Assembly (NCBI RefSeq): GCF_001194135.2
Contig: NC_068986.1
Coordinates: forward strand, 35,549,984 to 35,590,928
Length of the DNA stretch: 40,945 bases
Reading direction: 5' to 3'
Source of the DNA: Octopus bimaculoides
Taxonomy: Eukaryota
The notes beneath the pieces were generated by a model that was not told where the DNA came from, made no database searches, and saw nothing but the letters and a program-made list of their open reading frames with translations. Below, in pieces: positions 37,873 through 40,945 of the stretch (position 1 is its first letter; every line of letters begins with the position of its first letter). The position numbers and the translations under genes are program-made.

Positions 37873-38246
37873 TTGTTGTTTGTTGGCACTCCGTCGCTTA
37901 CGACGTCGAGGGTTCCAGTTGATCCGACCAACGGAACAGCCTGCTCGTGAAATTAACGTGCAAGTGGCTGAGCACTCCACAGACACGTGTACCCTTAACG
38001 TAGTTCTCGGGGATATTCAGCGTGACACAGTGTGACAAGGCTGACCCTTTGAATTACAGGCACAACAGAAACAGGAAGTAAGAGTGAAAGAAAGTTGTGG
38101 TGAAAGAGTACAGCAGGGTTCACCACGATCCTCTGCCAGAGCCTCGTGGAGCTTTAGGTGTTTTCGTTCAATAAACACTCACAACGCCCGGTCTGGGAAT
38201 CGAAACCGCGAGTCCGCTGCCCTAACCACTGGGCCATTGCGCCTCC
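37873..38246 (-). mobile_element. Full-length tRNA-derived SINE (family B)
   Basis: Over 90% identical by eye to 5638-6031, with a ~13-nt deletion in the tRNA head. Degenerate 14-bp TSD: agggtcttctagag (37859-37872) and acgatcttatagag (38247-38260), 11/14 matches. Confidence 0.95.
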
Positions 38247-38618
38247 ACGATCTTATAGAGTAAACCTAAAATAAACACAATCTTGAAATGACAATCCCAA
38301 CGTTTTATATATCAGAGATTATTTTCTATGTTTTCTTGTTTGTCATAATTATATGGCGTATGACTTTCAGGTAAACTTGGCCGTTGTTTCTAGCTGATGG
38401 AATAGCCAGGCAGAAGCTGTCTCCCTCTTTCTCCCATTTTTTTGTCCCTTCTCCTTAGCTACCTGATGCTAATGGTTTTTAACCTAGTCTGTCATATCGA
38501 CGGCAGTACTCTTTTCTCTCTGGTACTTATTTTATCAAGCAATATTGTCAATTCGCGCATAGTTACACTTTTCATACACAGTGTATATTTGTCCCCATCA
38601 AATATAAACAGACATACA

Positions 38619-38686
<68 letters not shown>

Positions 38687-38919
38687 NNNNNNNNNNNNNN
38701 NNNNNNNNNNNNNNNNNNNNNNNNNNNNNNNNNNNNNNNNNNNNNNNNNNNNNNNNNNNNNNNNNNNNNNNNNNNNNNNNNNNNNNNNNNNNNNNNNNNN
38801 NNNNNNNNNNNNNNNNNNNNNNNNNNNNNNNNNNNNNNNNNNNNNNNNNNNNNNNNNNNNNNNNNNNNNNNNNNNNNNNNNNNNNNNNNNNNNNNNNNNN
38901 NNNNNNNNNNNNNNNNNCG

Positions 38920-39030
38920 AAGACAGCTGTAGGAACAAGCACGTATATTAGTTTAACGCCCGGGAAGAATGCAAAAATGGAAAAGCCTTTGACGTTTCGA
39001 ACCTACACTCTTCGACAGAAAAGATTAAGA
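38920..39030 (-). mobile_element. Short repeat fragment with a degenerate hammerhead-ribozyme-like core (Penelope-like/retrozyme-type terminal repeat?)
   Basis: Minus strand ctgtcga-a-gag-tgtagg-ttc-gaaacgtc has the CUGANGA-stemII-GAAA layout, with CUGUCGA in place of CUGACGA. Confidence 0.4.
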
Positions 39031-39279
39031 GGAAACAAAGCGGAGAGAGAATGAAAAAAAAAAACAAAAAAAAAAGTCGGAGAGACGAAAAAATGTGTGG
39101 GGATTAATGGTTCAATATGATGAAATGGCCGGAAGAAAGAGGCTGAATGAAAGGGCGATATAAATTGTATTGGGCGAAAGGTGCAAGTGTCCTTGTGTAC
39201 AATGCGGTCGTCTTTTATGTACAACGGTATAACCGCTGTAAACCAGGTTAAATACTGTAAATGTATTTACGTCACTAAA

Positions 39280-39333
39280 GATCACTCAACATGAGTATCA
39301 GACATAAGGATCACTCAACATGAGTATCAGACA
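39280..39333. repeat. Local tandem duplication, 2 x 25 bp gatcactcaacatgagtatcagaca
   Basis: Exact copies at 39280-39304 and 39309-39333. Confidence 0.95.
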
Positions 39334-39354
39334 GAGTATAGACGTCAATATAAG

Positions 39355-39422
39355 TATTTGACAAAATCCGTTAAGGCGGTGTCCCAAAATGGCTGCCGTC
39401 AATGAGTAAAACCAGTAAAAAA
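39355..39422 (+). mobile_element. Decayed SINE-C 3' end
   Basis: ttaaggcggtgtcccaaaatggctgccgtcaatgagtaaaaccagtaaaa resembles aaggcggtgctccagcatggccgcagtcaaatgactgaaacaagtaaa. Confidence 0.55.
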
Positions 39423-39524
39423 AATGTACTTTGTTATCTATATCTATACCATTACTAACATGTATTTTAATGCATTTTCCAAATGCAATCCCCATATAAA
39501 GTTGAAGTTCAGGGTTGTAGAATG

Positions 39525-40038
39525 AACGATGATGATGATGGTGATGACGACGACGATGATGATGATAATGATGCTGTTGCTGGTGATGTAGATGATAAGG
39601 AGGAGGAGGAGGAGGAGGCGGAGGAGGAGGAGGAGGAGGACGGAGAGTGTTAGTGTGTTTATGCTGGAGATAAGGATGATGATAAAAATATTAATATGAT
39701 GACGATGATGATGACAATTGTGACGAAAATGGTGGTGGTGGTGGTGGTAGTGGTGATGGTGATGGTGATAAGTGAGTAGTTATGTTTTTTATGACGTGAA
39801 CATTAAGATGTTGACGATAATTAAAATGATAATGAAGATATAATGACGACGATGATGCTGGTGTTGATGATGATGATGATGATGTCAATGATGGTGACGA
39901 TAAGGATATTGATCAAAATGGTCGTGATGACAGAGGCAATAATAATGGTGATAAAATTGATCGTGATCATGATGATGATGACGATATTGACGCGACGGTA
40001 TAACAACGATGATGATAACGATGATGATTAGAACATTT

Positions 40039-40114
<76 letters not shown>

Positions 40115-40128
40115 TAGTAAGAACAACA

Positions 40129-40174
<46 letters not shown>

Positions 40175-40298
40175 GATGACGACGACGACGACGATGATGC
40201 CGACAACGACGGCCATTTACCATCTGTGTCGTCTGGAGTGTAATGAGAAACACCGTACTGGTAATGGCAATGACAAAGACGACGACAATGACGATGAC

Positions 40299-40349
<51 letters not shown>

Positions 40350-40380
40350 GCAGAGGAGGAGTTTGGTGATGGTCGTGGTA
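39525..40380. repeat. Extended GAT/GAG/GGT/AAT/ATT trinucleotide low-complexity block
   Basis: Direct observation. Confidence 0.95.
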
Positions 40381-40483
40381 GGCAGTGGTGCATTTTGTCA
40401 AGCGAGGTAGAGATTTACGCTGCCTCTTGTAATGCACTCAAACAGACATATACACGTACACATATGCGCACACAAATACACAC

Positions 40484-40535
<52 letters not shown>

Positions 40536-40945
40536 ACACACAAACACACACACGCACATACAGTAACATACACAGGCTGCTGGCTGTCGATCATGACTGA
40601 TGTCATAATCATTCGACCGCAACCTTCCAGGCATCTCTTTGAAGGTTGTGGGATGCACGTAACCATGAAGGCCACGTTGCTAGCTTTCGCTACTTCCGAG
40701 CGACATTCTTCCAGGGAAGCTGTGACTGATTCTCACCAACAAGAACAAGTAACGACGGGTATGAGTTCTAGTTCAAGCAGAGCCTGGTTGAAACTATGCT
40801 GGGGTTTCCCAGCAAACAGTGTCGCTCAGTGTGGTCACGTGACACGTTTTGTTTGTTTTGTTTCGGGGCTTTTCCTGTGGTAATTGGCTGTAAAGAAAAG
40901 CAGTATCGTATGACGATGAATTCGCTTTACATCGCAGGGAGTGTT

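Noticed and set aside
40173-40883. 236-aa ORF with poly-D and HT repeats
   Set aside because: Mostly (GAT)n and (CA)n translation; only a short internal unique part is retained as a weak exon candidate.

Overview
Eukaryotic, AT-rich, repeat-dominated sequence with no intact long gene. The SINE families and microsatellite density suggest an octopus (coleoid cephalopod) short-read scaffold; this is inference. There are 16 N-gaps, almost all flanked by microsatellites. Nearly every ORF in the supplied track is a translation of microsatellites or N-runs and is spurious. Supported content: (1) many tRNA-derived SINE copies from about five modular families, labelled A-E here as working names, several with target-site duplications (TSDs), nested insertions or head-to-tail trains; (2) decayed coding remnants of autonomous elements: a HERO-type RLE retrotransposon 3' end, an R4/Dong-type RLE C-terminus, an RTE reverse transcriptase and a probable Helitron Pif1 helicase; (3) a few orphan plus-strand exon candidates, the best being a 99-nt phase-0 exon at 3205-3303. 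The most unusual structures are a cryptic ~3 kb degenerate palindrome (about 17.5-20.5 kb, centre ~19290), a 47-bp-stem hairpin inside a splice-site-bounded non-coding exon candidate (12266-12442), and a hammerhead-ribozyme-like core at ~39.0 kb. All alignments and translations were done by eye; no database searches were possible.
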